Assembly (NCBI GenBank): GCA_030264375.1
Contig: JASCQW010000163.1
Coordinates: 21,495,899-21,559,898 of the forward strand
Source of the DNA: Carcharhinus longimanus
Lineage: Eukaryota
Direction: 5' to 3'
Length of the DNA stretch: 64,000 bases
Shown: positions 12,755 through 25,569 of the stretch, one piece after another
Layout: every line of letters starts with the position of its first letter
How positions within the stretch are numbered: position 1 is the stretch's first letter
Notes under the pieces: generated by a model
Databases searched by the model: none
What the model was told of the DNA's origin: nothing
The model's input: the letters and a program-made list of their open reading frames with translations, nothing else
Program-made: the position numbers and the translations under genes

Positions 12755-12975
12755 TTCTGTTGTCCAGATCTGGTGTCCAGCTACTGTCCTGTACCATCAT
12801 CCGAACAATCATCGAACAAAGTTTTAGAGATCGAAAAGGGGAAACTTATTATGTTGGTCAATGATTTTTACTATGGAAAAGATGATGGTGATGCCCACCT
12901 AAATCAACAAGATCAGAAGACAAATACAACTTTCAAGTGTTACAGTTGTCTGAAGATCCTTAAGAATAACATAAG
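12755..12975 (+). CDS. ZNF280D: ZNF280D exon (221 nt, 0-2): FCCPDLVSS...KLIMLVNDFYYGKDDG...FKCYSCLKILKNNIR
   Basis: Acceptor ttgttcctgttgag|TTC (GAG), donor ATAAG|gtacca. Conserved KLIMLVxDFYYG motif. Confidence 0.93.
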
Positions 12976-13623
12976 GTACCATACTGCTGTATAAATTACC
13001 TGCCAAAATCGAAGGCCTTTATCATCTTTCTATAACAATGTTATTCAAATGAGAATTAATGTTTTGTTCATTTATTCTGTTAAACCTGTCATTTAGTTCA
13101 AAATAAACATAAATTGAAAAACAAGGGAACAAATTGAAAACCAAGATACCCTCTATTTTGGATTTTGCACCAGCTGCAGAATACTGCTGTTTGAACTCTA
13201 GTCTGAATAAGAGTGGTGTGCAATGATAGTAATTGCACTCTTCATTAGGAATCTTGGGTGTTTGTGAGATATGGGAAGTTCTGTCCCACTTCAAGCTATC
13301 ACTCATGATTTTGCTTTATATTGTGCTGTCATTTTGCAGTTTATTGAAGCTTTTGTATGTTTTTATTCCTATGGCTGTATCATGGAATTTACTCACAACC
13401 AGTACCTGGAGGGGTGTAGTTTTGTTGTAAACTTACTCTGCTTGTATTATCGTTGACTAGATTCTTCAGGCAGATATAGATTTTTGAGGAAAACTTTTCA
13501 ATCCAAACTACAGTAACCATAAAAATACTGGTGCAAGGGAAATTGGCTGATGCAACACGTTTATAATTTGGTTCTTTGGAGAGAGTAAAGAATAAAGGTC
13601 AGACCTGAAGGCCTGAGCAATAG

Positions 13624-13900
13624 GGGAGCCAGTGATGATGTACTGTAATCCATAGATTCAGGGTCAAATTTGAATTCAATTAGAAGTGATGATGACTGTA
13701 AAACCATTGTCGATTGTCATAAAAACTCATGAGGTTCACTGATATCCTTTTAGGAGAAAAATCTGCCATCCCTACCTGATCTGGCCCACATGTCTCCAGA
13801 CTCTCAGCGATGCGAATGACTGTTAAATCTCCCTGAAATGGCGCTGGAAATCACTCCGTTCAAGGGTAGTGAGGAATAGGCAATACATACTGACCCAGCA
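13624..13900 (+). mobile_element. Short non-autonomous element sharing 5' and 3' ends with the CR1/L2-group LINE at 52140-54650
   Basis: gtaatcc...tgaattcaat...ggttcactgatatcctt...ccctgaaatggc...tcactccgtt followed directly by the tail caagggtagtgaggaataggcaata. Confidence 0.75.
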
Positions 13901-14300
13901 TAGATTTTTTTGAAGTATATAGTATAATAAAATTAAGAAACAAAGGATTGAAATTGGTACAGTGGTCAGCAGTGAAATGGTTACTTCATGATGTAACAAA
14001 GTATTAATGCAAAGATCTTTATTATTGGAAGGAGTTTTTTTGTGTGTATAGACCATGTCCTCATTTCAACTAAAATTTTGAGCTCAGCTTTCCAAAATCA
14101 ATTGCTCATTTGTATTTTTTTTAAAAAACATTAAAAAGCTGAAGAATGTTTATTGATCTAAATAGTGATGTAAGCTACAAAATCCATTTTAACATAGCTA
14201 AAGTAGTCTTTATAATACAAAAAACAGCTCTGACAAAGGATCATCCAGTCTCAAAATGCTGCTTCTCTCTCCACAGGGATTATTGGGACTTGGTCCCTAG

Positions 14301-14575
14301 GGGTGGCATGGTGGCACAGTGATCAGCACTGCTGCCTCACAGCTTCAGAGACCTGGGTTCAACTCCCAGCTTGGGTCACTGTGGAGCCTGCTCGTTTTTC
14401 CCATGTCTGTGTGAGTTTCCTCCCAGTCTGAAAGACATGCTGGTTAAGTTCATTGGCCATTCTAAATTCTCCCTCAGTGTACTTGAATAGGTGCCGGAGT
14501 GTGGTGATTTGGGATTTTTACAGTAACTTCATTGCAGTGTTAATGTAAGCCTTCTTGTGACACTAATAATTAAAC
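14301..14575 (+). mobile_element. V-SINE, tail B
   Basis: ggtggcacagtgatcagcactgc...gggttcaactccc head; tail cagtaacttcattgcagtgttaatgtaagcc. Confidence 0.9.
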
Positions 14576-16317
14576 ATTAAACTATTTCCTTTTTTCATTT
14601 GTGTTGTTTTTGTTCTCCTCCTCCTTGCCACCTAGCTCTTCCTGAGCTGGCCTCAGAATAACTGGACAAGGCAATTCATGTTTGCATGAGGACCATTGGA
14701 AAATGTCACAATTTTTGTTTTCAGACACATGAAATGTTTATAGAATTAGCTTTAGTGGATTTCTGAAATAAGGTAAATGAGGGAGGGAGAGTTTTAATGA
14801 TTTTTAAAGTGCAACTTTAAACACTTCCATAGTAAAAAGATAGTTTCTGCTTTAAGTGGAAAAGTAACAGATGGCTAAAATTGGTCCAATGGTTGCAGGG
14901 TAAAGATTTGTGCCCACAATTTTTAACGTGGAGCCTTCCCCATTTTGAACAAAAACGTTCAAAATTAAGCATTGCGCCATATTGTGGGGAAATCAGTAAA
15001 TGGATGACCGTGGGTCCTTATTGAGTATCTCCAAATAGCTAATTCCAGAATGGCTAACTGGCGAGCCCACTGGTCCAGTTCCACCTTTAGCTTTTGTGAC
15101 CTGTAGATTGAGGGAACAAAGCAGAAGCAATTTTTTAAAAACTTAAGTACTGTTCTAAAAATATCTTGGTGATTTCTTCATATTCATGGAAGTTACTGCT
15201 AAATCAATTTTCACTTAACAATTAGGTACCTTTTTCCACAGTAAACATGGGTGAATTCAGGAATCCAAATTATGTTTCAGCTGTACTTCCAATTACTCAG
15301 CGATGCTTTATGCTCTGGCTGTAATTATATGCTATTAAGTGCTCAGAAACAAAATGGCCTCTGTGTTGCAAGAAATTACAACTCAACACCATCGGAAAAC
15401 CAAATTTGGTGAGCCTACTTAGAAGAACCCTCAAGGGTGATTATGCTGCACCACGAGTATGTTGCAATACTCCATAACCTTCATTACCATTTTCTGTACA
15501 GATTGATAGCATTATCAGCAGATTTCAGTGGAATTCCCTTCAGGGATGTACGGTGAAAAATAGTTGGTAGTTTATACAGTGCAAGAACTGTTCTTTTGAT
15601 TGAATAACTTTACTTTAAGATGCAGCAAAAAAGGCTTTTGTAAGCTGTTTTAACAGCTATACCCGTTTGTTTCACAGTCACTTGCTGGCAGTTAAGGTCA
15701 TAGTTGCCCTGAATAAGAATCCTTTAAGGGAAGCTGAAATAGCAAAATGTGAAAATTGAAATATGGGTATGGCTTTTGAGAGCACAGGCTGCATGATAAA
15801 CTGAGCTGCGCAGTACCAGTAGGTGAGGTGAACTTTGTTAAATAAAGCAAAAGCTACATATAATTGAGAGTATTTTAATTGCTATTATATGTACTTAGAA
15901 GCAGAGACCTAAGTTGATGTGCTAGTGATTTGTCTTGAAAGCTGCTGGAGTTTAATGAATACTTTTTAAGAGTTTTCTGACTGGGGAATAAATTTGAAAG
16001 TAAATTTTTCTGTTGGAGCAAGCTTATTTTTGACAATTTCTAATGTGAGAAGTTAAGCACTATTATTACTATTCCTTTTCCCTTTCAATCTATTTGCTTA
16101 TGGCTTTTTATTGACTGTCACTTCTGGAAAAGCACTAATATAACATTAATTCTCAGTTACCAGCATTGTATCTATTTGCTTCTCCTTTTCAATCCAAAAC
16201 AGGCAGCTCTAAAACATCAAATATAAAATAAACTCATTTGCACATTACCATGGATCTCTCTTTCTGCTCTGACACAGAGTACGCTGTGTATGAGGATTAG
16301 GATTACTCATTGGTTGG

Positions 16318-16633
16318 TAGGGTGGCACAGTGCTTAGCACTTTTGCTCCACAATGCCAGTGACCCAAATTCAATTCCAGCCTTGGGTGACACTGTGGAGT
16401 TTGCATGTTCTCTCCTGTGTTTGTGTGGATTTTCTCCAGGTGGTCCAGTTTCCTCCCACTGTCCAAAAAATGTAGCACATGTGATTTGGCCATGCTAATT
16501 TGCCACATAGTGTCCAAAAATGTGTAGTTTAGTGGGGTAATTACATGGGGTTATAAGGATAGGGCCCAGGTAAGATACTGCTGGTGCAGACTCGATGGTC
16601 TGAAGGGCCTCTTTTTGCACTGTATGGATTCTC
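16318..16633 (+). mobile_element. HE1-like V-SINE, tail A
   Basis: Full head and core; tail gggcctctttttgcactgtatggattct. Confidence 0.9.
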
Positions 16634-18089
16634 TGTTCACTGAATATCACTTCTGTTGTATAAATTTGTTCATGCATTAAAATATAAAACACTGAACTTG
16701 CAAGAGAATATAAAATACCTTTTGCTTGTGATTGAAACAAGTATATCTTTATTTGTAACATTGTTGTTCTCTGGTGTTGCAGTTTATTTCAAGATTGATC
16801 TTAAATGAGAAGGTACTTAAGATATTTAAACTGCACAGTGGCTCAAGATAACTCCTATAAAGCAATTGGCATTAATTGATAGGGTGTCCTACTTAGACAA
16901 ATGTGCAGTGAAATATCCTTCAGAGACTGGTTTTAGTTGTTTAGCATTTGAGATTCACTAAGCTTTTGACCTTTCCAACCTCAGTTCACTAGATGTGGAT
17001 AAATACATTTTCCCCTTAATGGATGGCGAATGTTCACTTATTGGGCTGAGAAAAGCTTACGTCTTTGGATTTCTCAATAGAGTAATTCTATATAATATAT
17101 ATATAATATATTATCAAATATCTGGGTGACAAACAAATTCAATAAATATTCAACTTAACTTTTTTATACAATTATTAAGATATCATTTAAAGTTCTAGAG
17201 GAAGTAATTTCAACCTTGCCAAGGACGAGCGAATTGGAGTCTGGTGTGATGTTAAATTGTAGAAAAGCTGTGACTGGAACGTAGCCACTGCCAGTTTTGC
17301 AAAGGCAGAACAGGGATTGGGCAACCAGCCTTCTCCCACCAGGTGGGTTGGCTTATTTAAATATTTTAGTGAGGATCCATGTCTCAGCTTTAATCACTCT
17401 TCCAACTATAACACTGGCTGGCTGGACTTATTAGGTATGGGGAAACTCACAGCCGGTTAAGGGAGGTGAGGACTGTTGTGTCGAAGAGTTATGTGCTTTG
17501 TCAACTCTGCTTGTGTGCTGGGAGGAACAGAAATGTTTCCTGGCCCACTGAGCAAACTTGCCTCTCGGGAGCTCCCTACCCATCCCAGCCTCTGCATCTG
17601 ATGTCTGTTCAACCACAGAGGATCACCCCACGATCATCCAAACCACGCTGCACACAATGGGCACTTGTATACTACTGGGCTGCAGTGCTTTCTGGAGCTT
17701 TCCCTGCATATCAGCGAGCCAATCCTGTCTGTTTGGCAGGCATTTGGGCAAGAAGCCTTTTTTCCTGAAGTTGTAAGTGACAAGTTTTGACTGAAACTCT
17801 TCCCAACCCTGTCCGCTCCTGTAAATCCAGTTCTGGTAAATGTTGGGGCCCTGGTGATCTGGATTCATGCCACAGGAAAGTTTGTCTCTTCTAAATTTTA
17901 TTTCCTTCATAAAGTGAACTGAGTTATTCACAGTAGGTTTAGTGTGGTTTTCTGCTTTCACTGACCATGTGGCTCTTTAAAATTATAAATTGCAGTATTA
18001 ACTTGGCATGTTAACAAAATCATCGGTAAGGTTTTAACTCTGAGTAGGTTCTCTATTGTGTCATGAAAGCAAAATGCTGTTGGTGCTAG

Positions 18090-18262
18090 AAATTGGAAAT
18101 AAAAAGCAAAAATGCTGGGAATACTCAATTGATCTGGCAGCACTTATGGAGGAATAAACAAAACTGGTTCCGGGCAAAGATTATTGACGTGAAATGGTAG
18201 TTGTGTTTCTTGCACTAAAGATGCTGCCAGACTCCTGAGTATTTGTAGCTTCTATTTTTTTG
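18090..18262. mobile_element. Fold-back repeat (Penelope-terminus-like)
   Basis: Arms aaatgctgggaatactca..tctggcagca and gatgctgccagactcctgagtattt are complementary. Related arms occur at 8208-8245, 9122-9210 and 31677-31770. Confidence 0.7.
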
Positions 18263-18542
18263 ACGCTCGTTTCTTTTATCTAGGAAGACTTTGTTCAGGG
18301 TGAGCATCTCTGAACTTTTTCTATGTTCCTATTTAATTGATTTTAAATTGTACCATGAGATGATTTATGCTTAATTTTTCATAACTTTTGTGGTTAAAAT
18401 TGAGTACTTTCAAACTATTTAAAAAGTATGCTATGCATTTTGCAACATCTTCAGCTACTTGGTGTTTATTCCACCTTGCAATGTAATGTTTAAAGCTGCA
18501 TCTTGGAGAAAAGTGTTTTATTGGCTGCATCATCATTGTTAG

Positions 18543-18700
18543 GTTTATGAACCACATGAAGCATCACATGGAATTAGAGAAGCAGAGCAGTGAGAGCTGG
18601 GAAAACCACACCACCTGTCAGCACTGTCACCGTCAGTTCCCCACACCTTTCCAGCTACAGTGCCACATTGAAACTGCTCATAGCCCATACGAGTCAACAA
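18543..18700 (+). CDS. ZNF280D: ZNF280D exon (158 nt, 2-1): [52 protein letters not shown]
   Basis: attgttag|G ... ACAA|gtaagt. C2H2 finger. Confidence 0.97.
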
Positions 18701-20089
18701 GTAAGTGTTTAGATGACTCTTGTACGCTTTTAGATGGCAAAGTTGCTCGATGACAACCTTCCATTCTAATTGTAAAATATGTGGATATTTCGTTTTTGGA
18801 TTTTATGGTGCTTTCTGTTGAAAACAATTGAGTAACCTGCATTTTAGGTGATGTTGACATGAAACTTAATTTTTTTTACTCAAGTGGCTGCCATTTGTGA
18901 AATTGTATATCAACCCAAAGCAGGAGAAAGCAGTGCACCAGAAGCATTGTAATCATGTACAGGGACGAATTGGTATTTGCGCCTGCAACAGCAAATAGAG
19001 CTGAAAATGCCATTAATTGAAAAGCAGAAGCCATGTGCTTCCTTGAATGTGGTCATTCTTTATTACTCACTTACTCTTGATTTGGGTTTCTCATTCTGTC
19101 TACATTTGAGAGAGTTTGTTCGAGAAGTTGCGCACAGGATATTGATGTTGTTTGGTAAGCAGTATAAACCCATCCTACCTTTCCCTGACAGATTTTATTT
19201 CTGTTCAGTTCTGAGTTAAATAGAGCAGTTTTATCATCAGAACGTGACTGCTGCAATCCAGTTAACATAACATTTTCATTATCCTTCTTTATCTCATCTG
19301 ATATATGTGATAATTACGTTTTCACCATCTGGTGGAATCTTACTTCCCCCATGTAAAATTATTCATGTGTATAGTGGGTGTCTTACTTGTTCTTTTGTTA
19401 AAGTTTGGTTTTCACTTTACCACTCTGCAAGGCATTGTTTTAATGATTTTTAATCCATTTTCTTGTAAGGCTGTATATTTTTGGCATGTTTCCTTCTTGA
19501 GCAGGTTGAGCTACTTGACATGATTAGTTGACACAGTTCTGCAGAATGAGATGACTGTGGCAGTTTTCCTGTTCCTAATCTGAGGCATTTCGCTCTTGAC
19601 CCATATTTATGCAATTACCTGATAAAATTCACTGTGTGGTTAGCTGAGTACAGTTATCTGGTGAAAGGGAGATATAAATTACCATCTCCTTTTGAATTCA
19701 AAACCAAATAGCACATTTCTGTAATGTTACTCTTGTGGGATAAGGTTCTCCCTTTCTAGCACACTCTCTTTCTTTCCTTCTATTTCCTTCCTCCAATTCT
19801 TAAGAGATCAGTGTGCAACATTTCCAAATAGCTGCAGAGAATTTTTCCCAAAGCAATGATAACAAATTCATGAACTGAGGTGGAGATTTAATAATAATAT
19901 CTACTCGTGGATTTGGTTTGGAGAATTTAAATTTTGCTAGTTTCACCATTGTGAAAAGATGAGAAAAATAAAATTTTTGCCTCGTTTTATTGGCTATGAG
20001 AGTAACTGGAAAGGTTGAATGAGGAAAAATATAACAATGTCCTTTTCGACTACAGTAACACTTCCCTACTTGTATATTTCTTGCAATAA

Positions 20090-20910
20090 ATGACAGCATT
20101 TCAGATCACTTTGGGTACATGATACTAACTTTTGTTGACTCATGTACCAGGTCAGCAAGATCCCTATTGTACCACTGAGTTCTGTAATCTTGCTTTATTT
20201 TTAAATAGTGTATGACTTTTCTATTCCTCCTGCCAAAGTAGACAAGTTCACATATAGTCTATTTGCCAAATTTCTACCCACTCAACTTGTCTGTATCTCT
20301 TTGCAGACTTTCTACCTCCTCTTTACAACTTGCTTTCCTACTTACTTTGGTATCATAGGCAAACTTATCAATGATATATTCAGTCCCTTCATCCAAAAGA
20401 TAGTGCTCCATTAATTATAACTTGGCAAAGACCAATTTGTCCCTACTTCCTGCTTCCTACTAGCTAACCAATCCATTCCATGCTAATATGTTACCTACAT
20501 CATGTGCTCTTCTGTAGTAATCTTTCATGTGGCATCTTATCGAATGCCCTTTGGCAGTCCTAATACACCATGTTTACAGTATCACCTTTATCCCCTTGCT
20601 CACCTTTATCTAATTTGTTTACTGTTTTCTCAAAAAACTCCCCAAATTCATTAAACGCTTTTTGTGTAATGAAGCCATATTGACTGCACCAGATAACGTT
20701 ATGATTTTCAAAATATCCTGCAAAAAACTCCATTATGGATTCTAGCAATTTGCCAGTGGCAGATGTTAGGCTACCTGTAGTTTCCTGCTTTCTGTCTTGC
20801 TCCTTTTTTGAATGAAGCTGTTACGTTAGTAATTTTCCAATCCACTGGGACACTGCTGGAATTTTAGAACATTACACCAAAGCATTGACTATCCTTGCAG
20901 CCACTTTCTT
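20090..20910 (-). mobile_element. CR1 LINE RT fragment, decayed
   Basis: MLESI...QYGF...FFE...DKGE..V..VY*D..AFDKM.H. Confidence 0.8.
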
Positions 20911-20929
20911 TAAGTAAAGAGGGTTTTAA

Positions 20930-23900
20930 ACTAGATAGTGGGGGGCAAAAGATTAAATGTGGGAAGATCTGATATATCAGAGTAGAGACAAGGTAAGAGA
21001 GGAAGGTATTAATTTGGGAAATGGTAAACAGACCATGCCAGGAAGGAACAAAGTACAGAAGAGTAAATCATCAGATAAGGCTAGCGGTTACAAAATAAGA
21101 AAAGAATAATTCCTAAGGCTCTATATCTGAATGCATGTAACATTCATAACAAAACTGATGAACTGAGAATTAAATATAGTTAACTAAGTACATTCTCATA
21201 ACCATTACAAACACATGGTTGCAGGATGTCATAGATTAGGACCTGAGTTTTTGAAGGGTATGAGACATTTAGGAAGGATAGCAAGTTCAGAAAAGGTAAA
21301 GGAGAGGCTCTGTTAAAGATGACAGCACAATAGAGAGTGAATGACCTCATTTCAGGAAACCATGATATAGGAGCAGTTTGGGTGGAGAAGAGAAATTATA
21401 AAGGCAAGAAGTCATTTGTGGAAATGGGCTACAGGCCCCTAAACAGTAATCACAGGATAGGACGGGATATCAGTCAAGTAGTGGAGACTTGTCAGAAGGT
21501 ATGGAGATTATCATGGGGTATTTAAATCTATATCTAGACTGGAAGAATTAGATGGCAAAGGCAGTGTAGATGACAGATTTGTAAAATGTTTACTTTTTGG
21601 GCTTGTTTTGGAGATCAGCTTTTTCTGGAGCCAACCAGGGAGCAAGCTACCTGGTATTGTGCAATAAGATGGGATGAATTAACAATCCTTTAAATTGGAG
21701 GACAATTGTGAGGGAGTGAAAGTGGAGCCAGCAAAAGAGAACTGGCAGTTTAGGTTAAGGGATAGGTCAGTCGAGATGTCGAGGCAGACATTTAAGGGGC
21801 TATTTCAGAATACACATTATCGGTACATTCTAACAAAGAAAAAATTCCATCAGGAGGCCCATCTGTGGTTAACTAAAAAAAGTTGATAGTATCAAACTTA
21901 AAATGCATTTGGCTATGCAAAACTGGGTGGCATGTCAGAAAGTGGACAAAGGACAAAAAAACAGCAAAGGAAGACTAAAATATTAATATGGAGGATAAAA
22001 TTAGACTGCAAGAGAGCTATTTAGAAATAGAGGCAGATGGTAAGAAATTATATAGATGCTTTTTAAAAAAAAAAAGGTTGAGTGAGAGTTGATTGTATAG
22101 AAAATGAATCTGGGAAATAGTGTAATATAAGGAGATGGCAGGTGAATTGAACTGTTTTTTTTCCATTGTTCTTTGCTGCAGGGGGGACAGGTAACATCCT
22201 GGAAGTAACTGAAAAACAGGAATTGGATGGGGGGGGGGGACTTGCTTTGCAATCGCTAGGGAAGAATGCAAAGCAAATTGCTGGAACTGTGGGTTGACAA
22301 GTCCCTGAGCTGTGAGATTTCATCCTTGGGTCTCAAAACAAGTAGCTAGGTAGTTAGTTTTAATTTTCCAAAACTCACTCAATTTGGGGAAGGTTGCATT
22401 AGATTGAAAATATAATTCCTTTATTCAAAAAGGAAGGGAGATGGAAAGCAGGGAACCACGGGCCAGTTAGCTTAACATCTGTCATTGGAGAAAATGTTAA
22501 AAATTATTAGACATTGTAGGAGGGCATGTCAAAAAATTCAAGGTAATCAGACAGGGTCAACATATTTTTGTGAAAGGGAAATGATTTTTTTTAACCAATT
22601 AATTGGATTTCTTTGAGGAAGTAACGTGCTGTGATGAAGGGGAAACCAGTGGATGCGCTATACTTGGATTTCCAAAAGGCCTTTGAGAAGGTGCCATATC
22701 AAAGGTCATTGTGGAAAATAAAAGCTCATGGTGTAGGGCATAACATATTGGTATGGATGGAAGATTGCCTAGCTAACAGGAAGCAGCAGGAATAAATGGA
22801 TAATTTTCTGGATGCCAGTACGTGGTGAGTGTGTGCAGCAAGAATCACTGCTGGGCCTCAACTCATTACAATTTAAATAAATGATTTGGATGAACAGATG
22901 GTTTTCTGATACTTTTCTCCAGGTGTGAAGAGAGCTAAGGACATGAGGTTACACAAAGGTCTAGATCGATTAGGTGATTGGGTAAAAATCAGGCCAGTGG
23001 AGCACAACATGGGAAAATGTGAAATTGTCCATTTTGGCAGAATGAATAAAAGAGAAGAACATTATCTATATGGTGATAGATTGCAGAGCTTTTGAGATGC
23101 AGAGGGATCCAGATGCCCTCATGCATGAATTGCAAAAGGCAGGGACAGCAAATAATAAGAATTATTATTAGTGTCACAAGTAGACTTGTATTAATATTGC
23201 TATGAAGTTACTGTGAAAATCCCCAAGTCACCACACTCCGGTGCCTGTCAGGTACACTGAGGGAGAATTTGGCATGGTCAGTGCACCTAACCAGCACGTC
23301 TTTTGGACTGTGGGAGGAAACGGGAGCTCCTGGAGGAAATCCACACAGACACGGGGGAGAATGTGCAGACTCCGCACAGACAGTGACCCAAGCTGGGAAT
23401 CAAACTCAGGTCTCTGACACTGAGGCAGCAGTGCGAACCACTGTGCCACCATGCTGCTCTTTACTGCAGCAATATCACAGGTCTGACAAAAGTGACTAGT
23501 ACATAAGGTGCTGATTTTTGAGAAATAGTAGGATCTTTCTAGATAGGAAGAGTAAGCTACTCAGCCTGATGAGCCAGCTCTGCCGTTCAATACGATTATG
23601 GCTGATTGGATACTTCAGTGCCTTTTACACTGTACCTTTATAGCCTTATCAACAAAGGGATCACGGGTTCCAGGGAGAAGGCAGGAGAATGGGGATGAGA
23701 CTCATCATCAATGAATGGCAGAGTGGACTTGATGGGCTGAATGGCCTAATTCTGCTCCTATATCTTATGGTCTTATCCCCATAACCCTTTACGTTATTAG
23801 GAAAGCTAATGGAATATTTTAGTTTATCGCAAGGGGAATGTAAGAGTAGGGAGGTTACATTTTAGTTGTACAGGGCATCGAGGCCACATGTTGATTACTG

Positions 23901-24440
23901 AATACAGCATTGGCCTCCTCCTTTAAGAAAAGATGTAAATGTGTTAGAACCTATTCAGATAAGGTTTACTAGATGATTACCTGGAATGGGTGAGTTGTCT
24001 TGAGGAAATGTTAAGACAGTCTAGGCTTGTATGCACTGGAATTTAGAAGACTAAAAGGCAATATGATTGAAGTATAAGATCCTAAGGTCTGGACAGGATC
24101 AGTGTGAAGATCCTGAGGTCTAGACAGGGTTTTCTTGTGGGAGAATCTAGAAATAGGAGTCATCCTTCAAAAATAAGAGGTCGCCCATTTTACAATGGAA
24201 ATGTGAAAACATTTTTTCAGCAGGTTGAGAGTTTGGAATTCTCTTCCTCAAAGTTTGTTGAGGCAGAGTCTCCTTGAATATCCTTGAGGCAGAGATAGAT
24301 TCTTAATAATGAAGAGGGTGAAAGGTTATCAGGGGAAGCAGGAGTGTGGCATTGAGGCCACAGTCACATTTGCCATGTTCTTATTGAATGGCAGAGCAAG
24401 CTCGAGGGCTGCCTACTCCTGCTCCCAATTGATACATTTA
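20930..24440 (+). mobile_element. Long decayed CR1 LINE ORF2 (APE endonuclease + RT + 3' tail) with nested insertions
   Basis: LYLNA, ITNTWLQ, GYRP and IIMG (endonuclease); YLDFQKAFEKVP (RT, ~22660); tail gcctactcctgctcc at ~24410. Confidence 0.88.
23163..23457 (-). mobile_element. V-SINE tail B inserted in the CR1
   Basis: Full reverse-complement copy. Confidence 0.92.
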
Positions 24441-24499
24441 TATTATCCTAGAATGCAGGCCTTTATGCGTAACAGTTTCCCCAGTGATTTAGGTTCTTA

Positions 24500-25270
24500 C
24501 CTCCCTCACCATTAAGACTCTCGATGTGATCCAGCTTGATGGACAGATTGTAGCCATTTTAAGTGATTGGCAGCAAGCTCCAAGTTTGAAGATGACTGAG
24601 CTTTGCACCTGATTGCGTGTTGGATCACCTCATCAACCTTTTGCGCGAGGTAGCTGTCATGGTATGGGAAATGGTCAACGTATTCCCAAGTGTCTCCTTA
24701 AACGTATTAGGGTGGTAGAGTATTTGGCTGACAAGTGTTGATATTGATTTTGTTTTGGCATCAGTCAAGGACAGGCTAAGTTTCTTGAATGCAGAATTGA
24801 AGAGACCAAGAGTGGCTTGCAGATCTGGTGCAGAGTAGGCTATGATGCCACAATTGTCCACAAAGTCTAAATCACGTATGTTTGTGATGCTCAGTTTAGT
24901 TTTGGCAAAAATGCGGCTGAGGTGATGAGTTTTCCATCTTGGAGTATTTGATACTTTGAGATTTGATCTTTGAGATGAGTAGATTTCACAGAGATTTTAA
25001 GTAGTATGTGCAATATCACAAAGCCTTCTTGACGCCAGTCTAGATTTGAATGTCCATTTCAGATCTCCCACTTACGACAGTTGCTGTCAAATCATTGTGA
25101 AGCAATTGCAGAATTGTGATGCAGTTTCTTGGACATCTAAATCTTTGCAGCACAATCCACAGGACCTCCTGATTTACTGAATCACATACTTGGCAGTTGA
25201 ATACAATGAAGAGTTTTGTCAAAATATTTTTTGATTTATCCAAATTTTTCCTCCCCAATTTATCTAAGTG
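24500..25270 (-). mobile_element. RTE-clade LINE RT fragment
   Basis: DSVNQEVLWIVLQRFRCP...ILQLLHNDLTATV and FVDNC...DLQ..L..F..A.KKLSLSL. Confidence 0.8.
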
Positions 25271-25569
25271 AATAAACTGTTGATGTGAGCAGAAATTTGC
25301 CAACTTGCGAGACCTTAGCTATAATACCAGTGGGGCCATAGACTCTGCTGCTTTTCATTCATTTGATTGCTTGTTGCAACTCCAGTCAGTGGTGGCTCAC
25401 CCGTGGATTCTACCACAGGCTTCAGGGAGGAGAGTCTAGAAAGTTTCGCAGTTAAGGAGTTGAACATGTTTTTTTCCAGTATTGATGGATGGTATTTTCA
25501 TCTTAAGAAGTGAAACACTGTCCTGACGCATTCAGCAAGATTACGACTGAACATGTGCAATAACTCCAC

